A stretch of 64,000 bases of DNA, from positions 3,343 through 67,342 of the forward strand of contig MVQY01000037.1 of NCBI GenBank assembly GCA_002067325.1, written 5' to 3'. Source of the stretch: Methanobacterium sp. PtaU1.Bin097. Lineage in GTDB: Archaea > Methanobacteriota > Methanobacteria > Methanobacteriales > Methanobacteriaceae. Under the pieces are notes generated by a model. It searched no databases. It saw nothing but the letters and a program-made list of their open reading frames with translations, and was not told the DNA's origin. Shown here piece after piece: positions 1 to 10,735 of the stretch; the stretch's first letter is position 1, and each line of letters begins with the position of its first letter. The position numbers and the translations under genes are program-made.

Positions 1-2
1 CA

Positions 3-797
3 GACCTGGGGGTTGGAGTTGTAATCGGATCGAACATCTGGAACATCGCCGGTATTCTAGGAATTTCCGCTATTTTCGCCGGTACCATCCGATCCAGTCC
101 CAAAGGACTTACACGAGACGGTGCGTTCACTCTATTAACCGCATTTATTCTTTTAGGTTTCATGTACTTCCTGGGTGTAGTGGACATATATGCTTCAATA
201 ATCTTTGTTATTGTCTATTCCATTTATCTATGGATTTTAATTAGAGATCAGAAAAAAGAAGCTGAAAATGACGTTAAAAAAGAGGAAATAAAAGTTAAAC
301 CAACAGAACAAATATCATATCATCCCCCCGAAGAAAAGAAAAAAATTGGCTTCGGCATGATAGCATGGAGTCTCGTGGGACTTGTTGGTTTAATTGTAGG
401 CTGCCGTTTACTGGTCTACAGCGGAACAGAACTGGCCACCATAGCCAACATTCCACAGATGATCATGGGACTCTTTACTCTGGCCATCGGGACCAGTATT
501 CCTGAACTGGTGGTTACCTTCAACTCCGCCCGTAAAGGGTTACACGATCTATCCATCGGTACTGTTTTGGGGAGTAACACCTTCAACATCATGATTGGAC
601 TGGGAATTCCCGCTATTTTCATGAGCGTCCCAATAGAACATCTTTCCTATACCTTCGATGCTCCGGTGATGATATTTGTCACTGTTCTGGTGCTCTTACT
701 CATTAAGAGGGGCATGAAACTTACTAGAGTAGATGGATTTATACTAGCACTGACATATATTACATATGCAGTGTTAAGAATCTACGTATTAGGGTGA
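3..797 (+). CDS. Ca2+/Na+ antiporter, CaCA (YrbG-like) family; 5' end outside window
   Basis: Frame is open from base 3 ([20 protein letters not shown]..., alpha-repeat-like). Second alpha repeat [17 protein letters not shown]...[12 protein letters not shown]. Polytopic membrane protein. Confidence 0.85.
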   Translation, partial: DLGVGVVIGSNIWNIAGILGISAIFAGTIRSSPKGLTRDGAFTLLTAFILLGFMYFLGVVDIYASIIFVIVYSIYLWILIRDQKKEAENDVKKEEIKVKPTEQISYHPPEEKKKIGFGMIAWSLVGLVGLIVGCRLLVYSGTELATIANIPQMIMGLFTLAIGTSIPELVVTFNSARKGLHDLSIGTVLGSNTFNIMIGLGIPAIFMSVPIEHLSYTFDAPVMIFVTVLVLLLIKRGMKLTRVDGFILALTYITYAVLRIYVLG

Positions 798-801
798 TAT
801 T

Positions 802-1233
802 ATGGTTTATAAGAAAATATTAGTTACCAGTACTGGAGAATATCTGGATCAAATTGCCAAGGAAACTATGGAGCTCATTGCTGATTGGGATACCGATGTA
901 ATCGGAGTATATGTGGTGGAAACCTCCACACCCTTCTTAACTCCAAAAAAAGTAAAGGAAATGATGGTAACAGAATTAACCCAAAGAGGAAAGCAGGTTT
1001 TAGATGCCATGGAGGAAAAATTCAGAGCCCCCAACATCCACTTCAGTAGGATCCTTAAGGAAGGCGATCCAGCAGATGAGATAGTTAAGATCGCCGAAAA
1101 AAACGATGTCGATCTATTAGTGATGGGAACCGGTAAAAGTATAGTGGATAAACATCTTCTGGGAAGTGTTTCAGAGAAGGTTGTTCACTCTGCACCATGT
1201 ACTATCCTGCTTATCAGGACAGTATCCGAATAA
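802..1233 (+). CDS. universal stress protein (UspA family)
   Basis: 143 aa. KILVTSTG N-terminus and C-terminal [11 protein letters not shown]...[19 protein letters not shown] nucleotide-binding motif. Starts 4 nt after the antiporter stop. Confidence 0.85.
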   Translation: MVYKKILVTSTGEYLDQIAKETMELIADWDTDVIGVYVVETSTPFLTPKKVKEMMVTELTQRGKQVLDAMEEKFRAPNIHFSRILKEGDPADEIVKIAEKNDVDLLVMGTGKSIVDKHLLGSVSEKVVHSAPCTILLIRTVSE

Positions 1234-1415
1234 ATTATCCAGGCCACCCCACAGCTTAAAAAAATCTTTTATTTTTCATTTATTAGTTAAATTTTATTTT
1301 ATAATTTCTTATTAAAAAAAATTAATTTCATTTTACTTAATATTTTTATAAAATCCATGAACTAATTAATATTAATTTTATACGAATTTCAATCATTCAC
1401 CTTGGAGGGACAAAA

Positions 1416-2795
1416 ATGCATATTAACTTTCAAAAATTAGGCATCCCACTGGCCGTAATAGCTTTCATATTAGTCATGCTGGTGCCTACCCCCGGATTAA
1501 ATCTTTCAGGCCATGCAGCTATTGGTCTACTAGTGTTTGCAGTCATAATGTGGGCCACCGAAGCCTTACACTTAGCTGTTACCTCACTTATTATCCTCTT
1601 TATCCAGCCTATAATCCAGGTAGCCAGCTTTACCGATGCGGTTATTGGATTTGCCAACCCAATTATCTTCCTGATGATTGGTGGTTTTATTATTGCAGAG
1701 GCCATTCGTAAAAGCGGTCTTGCCCAGCGTTTCACTTACGTTTTGCTGAATAAGCTGGGCAGCACTCCCAATAAAAGTCTCTTTGTAACTGTATTTTCCA
1801 CAGGACTTCTTTCTGCATTCATTGAAAATGTGGTGGCATTTGCCATGCTTCTTCCCATCATCAAACAGATCATACCCATGATGGGTGTGGACAACCCAGA
1901 GAAAGGAAAGAGTAACTTTGCCAAGGCAATGGTTCTAGGAGCATCCTATGGTTCTCTGGCGGGTGGATTTGGAACAGAGATAGGAACCGCACCCAACCTT
2001 ATGGCCGCAGCGTACACCCACATCCCATTTGTGGAATGGATGATATTCGGTTTTCCATTATCCATCATCATGATGCTGGTAATCTGGAAAGGCCTTGGAC
2101 GTATGTTCCCGGCGGAGGTTAAGGGAATAGTTGGCGGAAAGGATACCATAACTTCTAAAATGATGGAATTAGGGGTTATGGCTCGAAAAGAAAAAATCGC
2201 CCTGGTGATCCTGCTTTTCACCATAGGTCTATGGGTCACCACCGGTTTAACTGGACTGGACAGTTACTCCATAGCGTTGATCGGGGCGGTGCTGATGCTG
2301 GCCTTTAAAATCATCGACTGGAAAGATGCGCAGAGTAACGTTGATTGGGGTCTTATAGTATTCTTTGGAGGTGCGTTATCCTTAGGGGCGGCACTTCTAA
2401 ATACTGGAGCAGCAAACTGGTTGATACAGGATATAGTAAGTGTTTTCGGAAGCGATCCATCCACTCTGCTCATCATGGTGGTGCTGATGATCATCGCCGT
2501 CTTGATTACCCAGGTAATGTCCAACATTGCTTTATCAGCTATACTGGTACCATTGTCAGTTACTCTGGCAGCGGCTCAGGGCCAGCCAATCGGGATATAT
2601 GCCGTACCTGTAGCTATAGCCTGTTCATTGTCGTTCATGTTTCCCATGGCAGATCCTACAGTTGCCATGGCCTACGGAACGAATTATGTTAACATAAAGG
2701 AGATACTGAAAGCAGGAGTACCAATGGTGATTATTGGTATTATAGCTACTTTATTCGTAATTTTGACCATAGCCATTCCCCTTGTTCTTAAATAA
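1416..2795 (+). CDS. SLC13/DASS-type anion permease (ArsB/NhaD permease superfamily)
   Basis: 459 aa with many TM helices throughout. GGAGGG RBS 6 nt upstream of the ATG. Confidence 0.7.
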   Translation: MHINFQKLGIPLAVIAFILVMLVPTPGLNLSGHAAIGLLVFAVIMWATEALHLAVTSLIILFIQPIIQVASFTDAVIGFANPIIFLMIGGFIIAEAIRKSGLAQRFTYVLLNKLGSTPNKSLFVTVFSTGLLSAFIENVVAFAMLLPIIKQIIPMMGVDNPEKGKSNFAKAMVLGASYGSLAGGFGTEIGTAPNLMAAAYTHIPFVEWMIFGFPLSIIMMLVIWKGLGRMFPAEVKGIVGGKDTITSKMMELGVMARKEKIALVILLFTIGLWVTTGLTGLDSYSIALIGAVLMLAFKIIDWKDAQSNVDWGLIVFFGGALSLGAALLNTGAANWLIQDIVSVFGSDPSTLLIMVVLMIIAVLITQVMSNIALSAILVPLSVTLAAAQGQPIGIYAVPVAIACSLSFMFPMADPTVAMAYGTNYVNIKEILKAGVPMVIIGIIATLFVILTIAIPLVLK

Positions 2796-2796
2796 A

Positions 2797-2829
2797 ATGC
2801 AGATTAAATTTCTGCATAACTTTATTTTT
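2797..2829 (+). terminator. hairpin plus T-tract just after the permease stop codon
   Basis: ATGCAGA (2797-2803) / TCTGCAT (2811-2817), a perfect 7-bp stem with a 7-nt loop, followed by TTTATTTTT (2821-2829). Confidence 0.45.
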
Positions 2830-2879
2830 AAGTAAAAAATAGATATAATAATATACCTAACTTACTGGAGGATGACATT

Positions 2880-3326
2880 ATGATTAAAAGGATACTACTT
2901 CCTACAGACGGATCTGATGCGGCTGAACGGGCTGGAGAAGATGCAATAGCCATGGCGGATGTTGGTGGTCAGGATATAATCGTTTTATATGTAATTGATA
3001 CTTCTTACTTGAATGCTTTACCACAAAGGGATCTAAGGGAACAGTTGAGTGATGAACTTAGAAAAGAGGGAGAAGAAGCAGTGGAGAAGTTCAAAAAACG
3101 GTTGGAAGAAAGCCAGTGTGAAGGTTACTGTAAGAATATCAACCTCATAACCATGATCAAGGAAGGCAAACCAGCCGATGTCATCCTTAAAACAGCCGAT
3201 GAAGAAGATGTGAATTTAATTATCATGGGAAAATCAGGAAAGAATGGCCTGGAAAAATTAATCCTGGGAAACACCACAGAACGGGTGGTAAGGGGAGCTA
3301 AAGTACCAGTTCATGTGGTAGCATAG
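2880..3326 (+). CDS. universal stress protein (UspA family)
   Basis: 148 aa. ILLPTDGS N-terminus and VNLIIMGKSGKNGLEKLILGNTTERVVRGAKVPVHVV C-terminal USP motif. Confidence 0.85.
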   Translation: MIKRILLPTDGSDAAERAGEDAIAMADVGGQDIIVLYVIDTSYLNALPQRDLREQLSDELRKEGEEAVEKFKKRLEESQCEGYCKNINLITMIKEGKPADVILKTADEEDVNLIIMGKSGKNGLEKLILGNTTERVVRGAKVPVHVVA

Positions 3327-3440
3327 AACTTAAATTTCTATTTTTTTATAGGTCTGATAATTTCAGTCGAAAGACTTATGTACCTATATACTCTATTTTA
3401 TAAAAGTTCAAATTTCACTGGAATTTCAGGATTTTTTGTG

Positions 3441-3476
3441 AAAATTCTCCAATTAAAGTAAAATTCTCGAATTAAA
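3441..3476. repeat. 2 x 17-bp direct repeat AAAATTCTC(C/G)AATTAAA, period 19, just upstream of trkA
   Basis: Copies at 3441-3457 and 3460-3476 differ at one base. They end 24 nt before the trkA ATG. A/T-box-like content suggests a duplicated promoter element. Confidence 0.7.
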
Positions 3477-3499
3477 TATCATATCCTTAGGTGTTCCTG

Positions 3500-4153
3500 A
3501 TGTACATAGTAGTTATGGGCGGCGGAAGGGTCGGTTTAAATTTGGCGTCTTTCCTGATTTCTGATGGACATGACGTGACACTAATTGAAAGTGACAGTGA
3601 GCTATGCAACAACGCTGCTTCTGAGCTGGATGCCCTGGTAATTTGTGGTAATGGTACCGATACAAAGATCCTGGAAGAAGCCAATCTAAAGGATGCAGAT
3701 GTTTTTGTAGCGGCTACTGGACATGATGAGACCAATCTACTGGCCTGCGTACTGGTGAGGGATTATAACGTTGGTAAGATCATAGCCCGGGTGAGTGACC
3801 CCAGCCATTCCCCAGCGTTTAAAAAGATCGGCGTAGACTCAGTCATAAGTCCAGAACTAACCGCAGCCAGTTACCTGGAAAAACTTATCATAAGGCCGAA
3901 AATAGCCGATTTAGTTGTTTTAGGTAGGGGAGATGCAGAATTACTGGACATGACCCTGGAAAATAAGGAGGTAATCGGGAAACGGGTGGGGGAGATAAGT
4001 CCTGGTGAGCACTTCATCATAGTCGCGGTCTACGATAATGGTAAAATAAACATTCCCCGGCCAGAACTGATTTTAGAGCAGGGGATGAAGATTTCTGTCC
4101 TGGTTAAAACCAAATATGCCAAGGAAGTTTTGAAAAGATTCACCAAACTCTAG
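3500..4153 (+). CDS. trkA: TrkA/KtrA-type potassium transport NAD-binding (RCK) protein
   Basis: Rossmann motif VVMGGGRVG; TrkA-N plus TrkA-C organisation. ATG at 3500 is preferred over the in-frame GTG at 3491 because AGGTG (3489-3493) lies 6 nt upstream. Confidence 0.85.
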   Translation: MYIVVMGGGRVGLNLASFLISDGHDVTLIESDSELCNNAASELDALVICGNGTDTKILEEANLKDADVFVAATGHDETNLLACVLVRDYNVGKIIARVSDPSHSPAFKKIGVDSVISPELTAASYLEKLIIRPKIADLVVLGRGDAELLDMTLENKEVIGKRVGEISPGEHFIIVAVYDNGKINIPRPELILEQGMKISVLVKTKYAKEVLKRFTKL

Positions 4154-4264
4154 ATTCTACCAATCCTTTAATTTTTAAAGTCTAATTTTCTTTTATATTC
4201 TAATTCTAATCTTTTAATTCTAATCTTATTAAATCCTAGTTCTAATTTTTTTTAAATTCTAATT

Positions 4265-5776
4265 CTAAACCTTTTCAATCAAACCCTCAATAACACTCAT
4301 ATCAATATTATCTTCAAATATATACGCCAGCCGATCGATGGAGAACCTTTTTAAATCTTCAAAGTCGTCCCTGACAAATCCTAGTTCATCAAGGCCCTTT
4401 TCCTTCCGCAGAAGGTCGGTGAAAAACCTCCTGAAGTGGAAGTTGTGGAATACACCATGGAAGTAGGTGCCTGCCACCTGGTCTGCTACTGCACCGTCGT
4501 ACCCTGAACCGGGGCCGTTACCAACACCTTTAATGATCCTGAAGAGTGGTTTAACATCACCTAAGACGGTGGTGCCTTCGTGTAATTCGTAGCCGTCCAC
4601 CAGGTTTCCTTTGAAGCTTTTAAACATGCCGTTTCCCAGTAGTTCACCCTGGCTCTGGGTTATTATCTTATCCACCTTGCCGAAACTGGTTTTCATATCC
4701 AGGAGCCCAATCCCGTCCACGGAACCATACTTGGACTCTTTAAGGGTTTCATCTAAAATTTTAGTCCCCATCATCTGGTAACCACCGCAGAGACCAAAGA
4801 TAGGTATCTCCTTTGAGATGGTTTGGATATCATCCACGAAACCAGCCTCCTCTATGGCCATCATGTCGTTGATGGTGTTTCTGGTCCCGGGGAGTATTAA
4901 AGCATCTACCTTTCCCATGTTGTCTCCCAGTTCAATGAGTTCAATCCCAATATCTGGCTCATATTCCAGGGGGTCTATATCGGTGAAGTTGGCTATGCGG
5001 GGGAAGCGCATCAATCCCATGGAGATCTTCTCATTTTTACTGAACTTATGTTCCGATAGGGAGGCGGAATCTTCCTCTGGAAGCTTAAGGCTTTCATCAT
5101 AGGGGATGACCCCTAAAATTGGCACCCCTACTATCTCTTCTATCTGCTCTATCCCAGGCATCAGTATATCCAGGTTACCACGGAACTTGTTAATTATAAT
5201 CCCCTTTATCCTTTTGCGATCTTCTTCTGGTAAGAGAGAGAAGGTACCGGCGATGGAGGCGAAAACACCTCCCCGGTCGATATCTGCCACCAGGAGCACG
5301 TCGGCATCGGCCAGTTCTGCGATCTTCATGTTGGCCATATCCACGTCCAGCATGTTGATCTCCGCTGGAGAACCCGCACCTTCAATTACCACTATTTCAT
5401 ACCTGTCTTTCAGGTAATCCAGGGAAGTTTTAATGGCTTTAAGTGCTTCCTCCCGGAAATTATTCTGGTAATGGTAAAAATTCATATCCCCAGCGGGTTT
5501 TCCATGAACTATGACCTGGGAGATGAAATCTTCCTTGGGCTTTAGGAGGATGGGGTTCATATGATAGGATGGTTCCAGGCCGGCGGCTTCTGCCTGAAGC
5601 ACCTGGGCCATGGCTATTTCTGCATTTTCACTGGTGGTATAGGAGTTAAGGGACATATTCTGGGATTTGAAGGGAACCACCTGATAACCCCTTTTGGAGA
5701 ATATCCTGCATAGGGCAGCCACAACCACGCTTTTACCTGCGTTGGATGAGGTCCCCTGGACCATTATACACATCAT
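4265..5776 (-). CDS. cobQ: cobyric acid synthase
   Basis: 503 aa. N-terminal P-loop-like GTSSNAGKS, NPILLKP motif, C-terminal glutamine amidotransferase domain (GLCGGYQMMG). Confidence 0.9.
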   Translation of the reverse strand: MMCIMVQGTSSNAGKSVVVAALCRIFSKRGYQVVPFKSQNMSLNSYTTSENAEIAMAQVLQAEAAGLEPSYHMNPILLKPKEDFISQVIVHGKPAGDMNFYHYQNNFREEALKAIKTSLDYLKDRYEIVVIEGAGSPAEINMLDVDMANMKIAELADADVLLVADIDRGGVFASIAGTFSLLPEEDRKRIKGIIINKFRGNLDILMPGIEQIEEIVGVPILGVIPYDESLKLPEEDSASLSEHKFSKNEKISMGLMRFPRIANFTDIDPLEYEPDIGIELIELGDNMGKVDALILPGTRNTINDMMAIEEAGFVDDIQTISKEIPIFGLCGGYQMMGTKILDETLKESKYGSVDGIGLLDMKTSFGKVDKIITQSQGELLGNGMFKSFKGNLVDGYELHEGTTVLGDVKPLFRIIKGVGNGPGSGYDGAVADQVAGTYFHGVFHNFHFRRFFTDLLRKEKGLDELGFVRDDFEDLKRFSIDRLAYIFEDNIDMSVIEGLIEKV

Positions 5777-6080
5777 TTATGAGCCTTCCTTAATTAAAAT
5801 CTCTTATTGGATATAAATAATAGTTGAATATTCTACTAGATAAATTGATTTCTATATATGGATCAATATTTCCAGATCAGGATATGATATATGAAGAAAT
5901 GATATAAGAGACGAAATAGTAATATATAAATAAGACTAATTGCATTAATAATTAGTTCACAATAAAAGCAAATATTCATATATTAGATTACAAATATCCA
6001 ATACTTGTAAAAACAATTTTAAACTAATAAAACACTTTTATTTTTTGTTTTGTGGAAAATAAAGGAGGTTGTCATAGTAA

Positions 6081-7988
6081 ATGGCAAATTTAAACTCGAA
6101 TTCAACCAGTTCAGTGAAGAACACACTTAACATAAGGTCTTATAATAACTCCGGGGAGATTGATGTCCCGGATAAGATAATAGACCAGATCATCGGTCAG
6201 AAAGAAGCTGTAGAAACAGTGAAAAAAGCAGCTAAGCAGAGAAGAAACGTTCTCTTAATTGGTGAACCGGGTATAGGAAAGTCCATGTTAGCTAAGGGAA
6301 TGGCGGAGCTACTCCCTGCTGAAGAACTTCAGGATGTCCTTGTTTATCCTAATATAGAGGATAACCACAACCCATTAATTGGAGCCATGCCTGCTGGTGA
6401 AGCTAAAAAAGTAGTAACCAACTACAAGGTAAAGGCCAAAGGATCAGAAGAGAGAAAGAACATGTTGATGATGGTTGTCATTGCCTTTATCCTGATTGTA
6501 GGATTCTATCTGCAACAATTTTTAGCAGCGGTAATCGCCGCAGGAATTGTCTTTTTAGCTCTACAGCAGATGAAACCCAAATCCTCAGTTATGGTGCCCA
6601 AGTTATTGATCAACAATGACAATCACAAAACAGCCCCATTTATAGATGCCACTGGTGCACACGCCGGCGCACTCTTAGGTGATGTAAGGCACGACCCTTA
6701 CCAGTCCGGGGGGCTGGGAACTCCTGCCCATGAAAGGGTGGAAGCAGGTATGATACATAAGGCCAACAAAGGAGTGCTTTATGTGGACGAAATCGGAACC
6801 ATGAAGATGAAAACCCAGCAGGAGCTCTTAACTGCCATGCAGGAGAAAAAATATTCTATAACCGGTCAAAGTGAGACCAGCAGTGGAGCTATGGTAAGGA
6901 CCCAGGAAGTACCCTGCGACTTCGTACTGGTGGCTTCCGGTAACATACAGATCCTTGAAGGAATGCACATCGCATTACGTTCCAGGATAAGAGGGTATGG
7001 TTACGAAGTTTATATGAAAGATTCCATGCCAGACACCCCGGAAAACCGGGATAAACTCATACAGTTCGTGGCACAGGAAGTTAAAAAGGATGGAAGAATC
7101 CCCCACTTCAGTAAAGAAGCTGTGGGAGAAATTATCAGAGAAGCTCAAAGAAGAGCCGGTAAAAAAGATTCACTAACCCTCAAACTAAGGGATTTAGGTG
7201 GCCTGGTTAGGGCCGCTGGAGATATAGCCAAGGGTGAAAGGGCTGAATTAGTCACGTTAGAACATGTAATCAGTGCTAAAAAACTCGCAAGAACATTAGA
7301 ACAGCAGATGGCAGATAGAAACATCTCACATATTAAACAGTACAATGTATTTAAATCGGAAGGTACTCAGGTTGGTCGTGTAAACGGATTGGCCGTAATG
7401 GGTGGCCGTAGCGGAATAATTCTCCCCATTGAAGCGGAAGCAGCCCCGGCCCAGAGTAGCTTAGAGGGTAAAATCATAGCCACTGGTAAATTAGGTGAAA
7501 TAGCCAAAGAAGCAGTAACCAACGTAAGTGCCCTAATTAAGAAGAACACAGGTACAAGTATCTCGAACTACGACATACATATTCAGTTTGTACAGGCTCA
7601 TGGTGGTGTAGAAGGGGACAGTGCCAGTGTATCGGTGGCAACTGCAGTTATATCTGCTCTTGAAAACATTCCAGTTGACCAGTCACTAGCTCTAACAGGT
7701 TCTTTAAGTGTAAGGGGGGATGTACTCCCTGTTGGTGGAGTGACAGGTAAGATAGAAGCAGCAGCCGAAGCAGGTATTAAGAAGGTTTTAATACCCAGAG
7801 CCAACATGGAAGACGTGTTAATAGAGGACAGGTACCGCAGGAAGATTGAAATCATACCTGTAGATACTCTAAGTGATGTCCTGGAACATGCCTTGGTAGG
7901 TAAAGGTAAAAAAGGCTTGCTCCAGAAAATGCGTAAAATCACAGACATCATGCCAACCGGTATCCTGCAGAACCCAACCACCAATTAA
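6081..7988 (+). CDS. lon: archaeal membrane-anchored Lon protease (LonB type)
   Basis: Walker [14 protein letters not shown]. Two TM helices are inserted in the ATPase domain ([15 protein letters not shown]...[11 protein letters not shown]). Walker B LYVDEIG. C-terminal protease domain with GDSASVS serine motif. GGAGG RBS. Confidence 0.92.
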   Translation: MANLNSNSTSSVKNTLNIRSYNNSGEIDVPDKIIDQIIGQKEAVETVKKAAKQRRNVLLIGEPGIGKSMLAKGMAELLPAEELQDVLVYPNIEDNHNPLIGAMPAGEAKKVVTNYKVKAKGSEERKNMLMMVVIAFILIVGFYLQQFLAAVIAAGIVFLALQQMKPKSSVMVPKLLINNDNHKTAPFIDATGAHAGALLGDVRHDPYQSGGLGTPAHERVEAGMIHKANKGVLYVDEIGTMKMKTQQELLTAMQEKKYSITGQSETSSGAMVRTQEVPCDFVLVASGNIQILEGMHIALRSRIRGYGYEVYMKDSMPDTPENRDKLIQFVAQEVKKDGRIPHFSKEAVGEIIREAQRRAGKKDSLTLKLRDLGGLVRAAGDIAKGERAELVTLEHVISAKKLARTLEQQMADRNISHIKQYNVFKSEGTQVGRVNGLAVMGGRSGIILPIEAEAAPAQSSLEGKIIATGKLGEIAKEAVTNVSALIKKNTGTSISNYDIHIQFVQAHGGVEGDSASVSVATAVISALENIPVDQSLALTGSLSVRGDVLPVGGVTGKIEAAAEAGIKKVLIPRANMEDVLIEDRYRRKIEIIPVDTLSDVLEHALVGKGKKGLLQKMRKITDIMPTGILQNPTTN

Positions 7989-7991
7989 TGG

Positions 7992-8030
7992 GATTTTAGG
8001 AGACAAATTCGAATTTTAGGAGATAAACTT
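7992..8030. repeat. 2-unit tandem repeat GA(A)TTTTAGGAGA(C/T)AAA, period ~19-20, downstream of lon
   Basis: GATTTTAGGAGACAAATTC (7992-8010) and GAATTTTAGGAGATAAACTT (8011-8030), followed by a T8 run. Confidence 0.7.
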
Positions 8031-8116
8031 TTTTTTATATCTCCATTGTTCACTTTTTTTGAAATTGAACCTGATTTTAATCTAATTTTTTATACAATTA
8101 AAAGGAAAATAACAAC

Positions 8117-9700
8117 ATGGAAAAACTAAATTTTAAAGACATAATATCTAAGCCAATGGAGAAGGCAGTACTCGATATGGGTTTTGAAGAGGCCACACCC
8201 ATCCAGTCCCTGGCCATACCCCACATCATGGAAGGTAGAGATGTGATAGGCCAGGCACAGACCGGAACAGGTAAAACCGCTGCCTTTGGAATTCCCATAT
8301 TAGAGAAGATCCATCCCCACCAAAAGGAACTACAGGCCATAATACTATGCCCCACCAGGGAACTGGCCATCCAAGTGGCAGAGGAACTGAAAAAACTCTC
8401 CAAATACCTGAAGAACATCCGAGTACTACCCGTCTACGGTGGCCAGCCTATAGAAAGACAGATCAAAGCACTGGATAAGGGCGTGCAGATAGTGATAGGC
8501 ACACCCGGCCGGGTCATGGATCATATGAGGCGGGGAACCCTGGACATGAGCAGTGTAAGAATCATAGTACTGGATGAAGCCGATGAAATGTTAGATATGG
8601 GCTTTAGAGATGATATTGAATTTGTTTTAAGGGATATGCCTGATGAAAGGCAGATGTTACTCTTTTCAGCGACCATGTCCCGGGAAATACTCAGGTTAAC
8701 CAAGAAATATCAGGACGATCCGGAATTTTTAAAGGTAGTTCCCCAGGAACTCACCGTCCCGGAAACCCAGCAGATATACTTCGAAGTCAAGGAGAAGATG
8801 AAACTGGACTTACTATCCCGATTACTGGACATACACAACCCCAACCTCTCCCTGGTATTCTGCAACACCAAGAGACGCGTCGACCGATTGGTAAGCCACT
8901 TACAGGTAAGGGGATACCTGGCTGATGGCCTGCACGGTGATCTCACCCAGAAACAGAGGGACCGGGTGATGAACAAGTTCCGCAAGGGAACCATCGACGT
9001 CCTGGTGGCTACCGATGTGGCTGCCCGGGGGATCGACGTGGATGATATAGAAATAGTCTTCAACTACGACGTACCAAACGATGATGAATACTACGTCCAC
9101 CGTATCGGCCGGACAGGTAGAGCGGGTAAAAATGGTAAAGCATTCACCTTCGTATCTGGTAAGGAAATCTACCGGTTGAGAGATATACAAAGGTATACTA
9201 AAACCAGTATAGAACAGCAGGAGATACCAACCTTACGCCACGTGCAGGAGATGAAGACCGACCAGTTCATCAAGAAGGTAAAAAATGTCATAAACACCGA
9301 GGATCTGGATAAACAGATACTCATAGTGGAAAGGTTGATAGAAGAAGATTACACTTCCCTGGAAACCGCGGCAGCCCTGTTGAAGATGGCCATGACCGAG
9401 GAAAATACCGATGGTGAATCAGATAACGGCTTTGGAGATACTGGTGCGAGTATAGGTATGGTACGATTCTTCCTGAATATTGGGCGCAAAGACAGAGTCA
9501 AGGCAAAGGATATAGTGAGGGCTGTAGGGGATAAAACAGGCCTCTCCAGTAGCGTAATAGGTAAAGTCGATGTTTACGATAAGTTTTCCTTCATGGAAAT
9601 ACCGGATAGCAGCGCTAAGGATGTGTTTTCCATTATGAGGGGTGCTAAAATTAAGGGAAGATCGGTGAACATAGAACCGGCTAATAAGAGGATGAAGTAG
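8117..9700 (+). CDS. DEAD-box ATP-dependent RNA helicase with DbpA-like C-terminal RNA-binding domain
   Basis: Q motif (F..ATPIQ), AQTGTGKT, PTRELA, DEADEML, SAT, VATDVAARGID, HRIGRTGRAG. C-terminal RRM-like extension. Confidence 0.92.
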   Translation: MEKLNFKDIISKPMEKAVLDMGFEEATPIQSLAIPHIMEGRDVIGQAQTGTGKTAAFGIPILEKIHPHQKELQAIILCPTRELAIQVAEELKKLSKYLKNIRVLPVYGGQPIERQIKALDKGVQIVIGTPGRVMDHMRRGTLDMSSVRIIVLDEADEMLDMGFRDDIEFVLRDMPDERQMLLFSATMSREILRLTKKYQDDPEFLKVVPQELTVPETQQIYFEVKEKMKLDLLSRLLDIHNPNLSLVFCNTKRRVDRLVSHLQVRGYLADGLHGDLTQKQRDRVMNKFRKGTIDVLVATDVAARGIDVDDIEIVFNYDVPNDDEYYVHRIGRTGRAGKNGKAFTFVSGKEIYRLRDIQRYTKTSIEQQEIPTLRHVQEMKTDQFIKKVKNVINTEDLDKQILIVERLIEEDYTSLETAAALLKMAMTEENTDGESDNGFGDTGASIGMVRFFLNIGRKDRVKAKDIVRAVGDKTGLSSSVIGKVDVYDKFSFMEIPDSSAKDVFSIMRGAKIKGRSVNIEPANKRMK

Positions 9701-9745
9701 AGCTAATAAAAGAATAAAATAGAGCTAATAAAAGAATAAGTAAAA
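9680..9745. repeat. 3 x 22-nt tandem array whose first unit encodes the helicase C-terminus and stop codon
   Basis: GCTAATAAGAGGATGAAGTAGA (9680-9701), GCTAATAAAAGAATAAAATAGA (9702-9723), GCTAATAAAAGAATAAGTAAAA (9724-9745). Confidence 0.9.
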
Positions 9746-9759
9746 ATAAGTTCTTTCTA

Positions 9760-10080
9760 TTATTTTTTCATTGCTTTCCCATCGCTGCAGTAGAGAAAGT
9801 CGGGTTTAGCATTCTCCAGGCCAAATTCTTTATAAACCATGCATTCATTACATAAGCAGTTTTTTTCTGTTTCAATATCTTCACATTCTGCTTTTCCATT
9901 AGCGCAGTACATGCCAGGGTAATCCTCTGGTTTAGGGTCATCCTCACTTTGCAAGAGTTCCTGGAAATTCATCATCTTTTCCTTGGCGCACGTACTGTTT
10001 TCCTGCACAGGACAGGTTGGACACAGGCATCTGATGATGTTTTCTTTTATGTATGGGATTTCAAACTTTTCTTTGTTCAT
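9760..10080 (-). CDS. cysteine-rich small protein (DUF2769-like)
   Basis: 106 aa with CLCPTCP, CAKE, YCANGKAEC, CLCNEC, YCSDG motifs. Family name is from memory of this Cys pattern. Confidence 0.6.
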   Translation of the reverse strand: MNKEKFEIPYIKENIIRCLCPTCPVQENSTCAKEKMMNFQELLQSEDDPKPEDYPGMYCANGKAECEDIETEKNCLCNECMVYKEFGLENAKPDFLYCSDGKAMKK

Positions 10081-10160
10081 TTTATTTCCTCATAAACGTT
10101 GGACTAAAATAGATATAACAAAAAAATAAGAAAATAAAAAAAAGAACTTTTTTATTCTGG

Positions 10161-10523
10161 TTAAGCAGCTGGTTCTACTGGGTTCCTGTTTAATAATCCA
10201 CCTATGGCACCACCGATTGCGCCTATTATTGCGAAGAGGATAATTAAAACCACTGCTAAAATTCCACCAGCGGCTATTCCTGCTGCAGCACCGAATATGG
10301 CGCCTCCAAATATAGCTACTATGATGCCTACAATGATTCCACCTATGACTCCTGCTAAAGCTCCGTGGATTGCTCCGTTACCTGCGCCGCCGACCATGTA
10401 ACCGACGATTATAGTTGCTATCAAGACTCCAATGATACTTCCCCAGCCACCTATTAGTCCGAAGATTATACCTAAAACGATTACTAAAACTGCACCAATA
10501 CCAGCCCATTTCCAGTCAACCAT
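10161..10523 (-). CDS. glycine-zipper small membrane protein, paralog 1 (DUF5518-like)
   Basis: MVDWKW start preceded by GGGGGTGA RBS; the track's upstream GTG lies inside the RBS. About 4 TM helices rich in GxxxG. C-terminal GAIGGAIGGLLNR is shared with paralog 2. Confidence 0.7.
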   Translation of the reverse strand: MVDWKWAGIGAVLVIVLGIIFGLIGGWGSIIGVLIATIIVGYMVGGAGNGAIHGALAGVIGGIIVGIIVAIFGGAIFGAAAGIAAGGILAVVLIILFAIIGAIGGAIGGLLNRNPVEPAA

Positions 10524-10735
10524 GCTTTTCACCCCCTTTTAAATTGTTTAAAAGATAAGAAACTGGATAGTTTCTTTAATCTTGATTATACTATTTGTGT
10601 ATGATGGCATTTATTATTTGTTATTAAATTTAACTGTAAAATATTTGAATTTACTCCAGACCAGCCACAATAAAAGAAGAAAAATAAAATGAAGAAAGTA
10701 GAAAAAGAATTTTTCTATTCTGGTTCAGAAGCCGG

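Noticed and set aside
4154-4264. The TTCTAA-rich spacer between trkA and cobQ as a distinct repeat element.
   Set aside because: The 6-7-nt motif is too short and too AT-rich to distinguish from low-complexity convergent-terminator sequence. It is mentioned only as a weak case of the array phenomenon.
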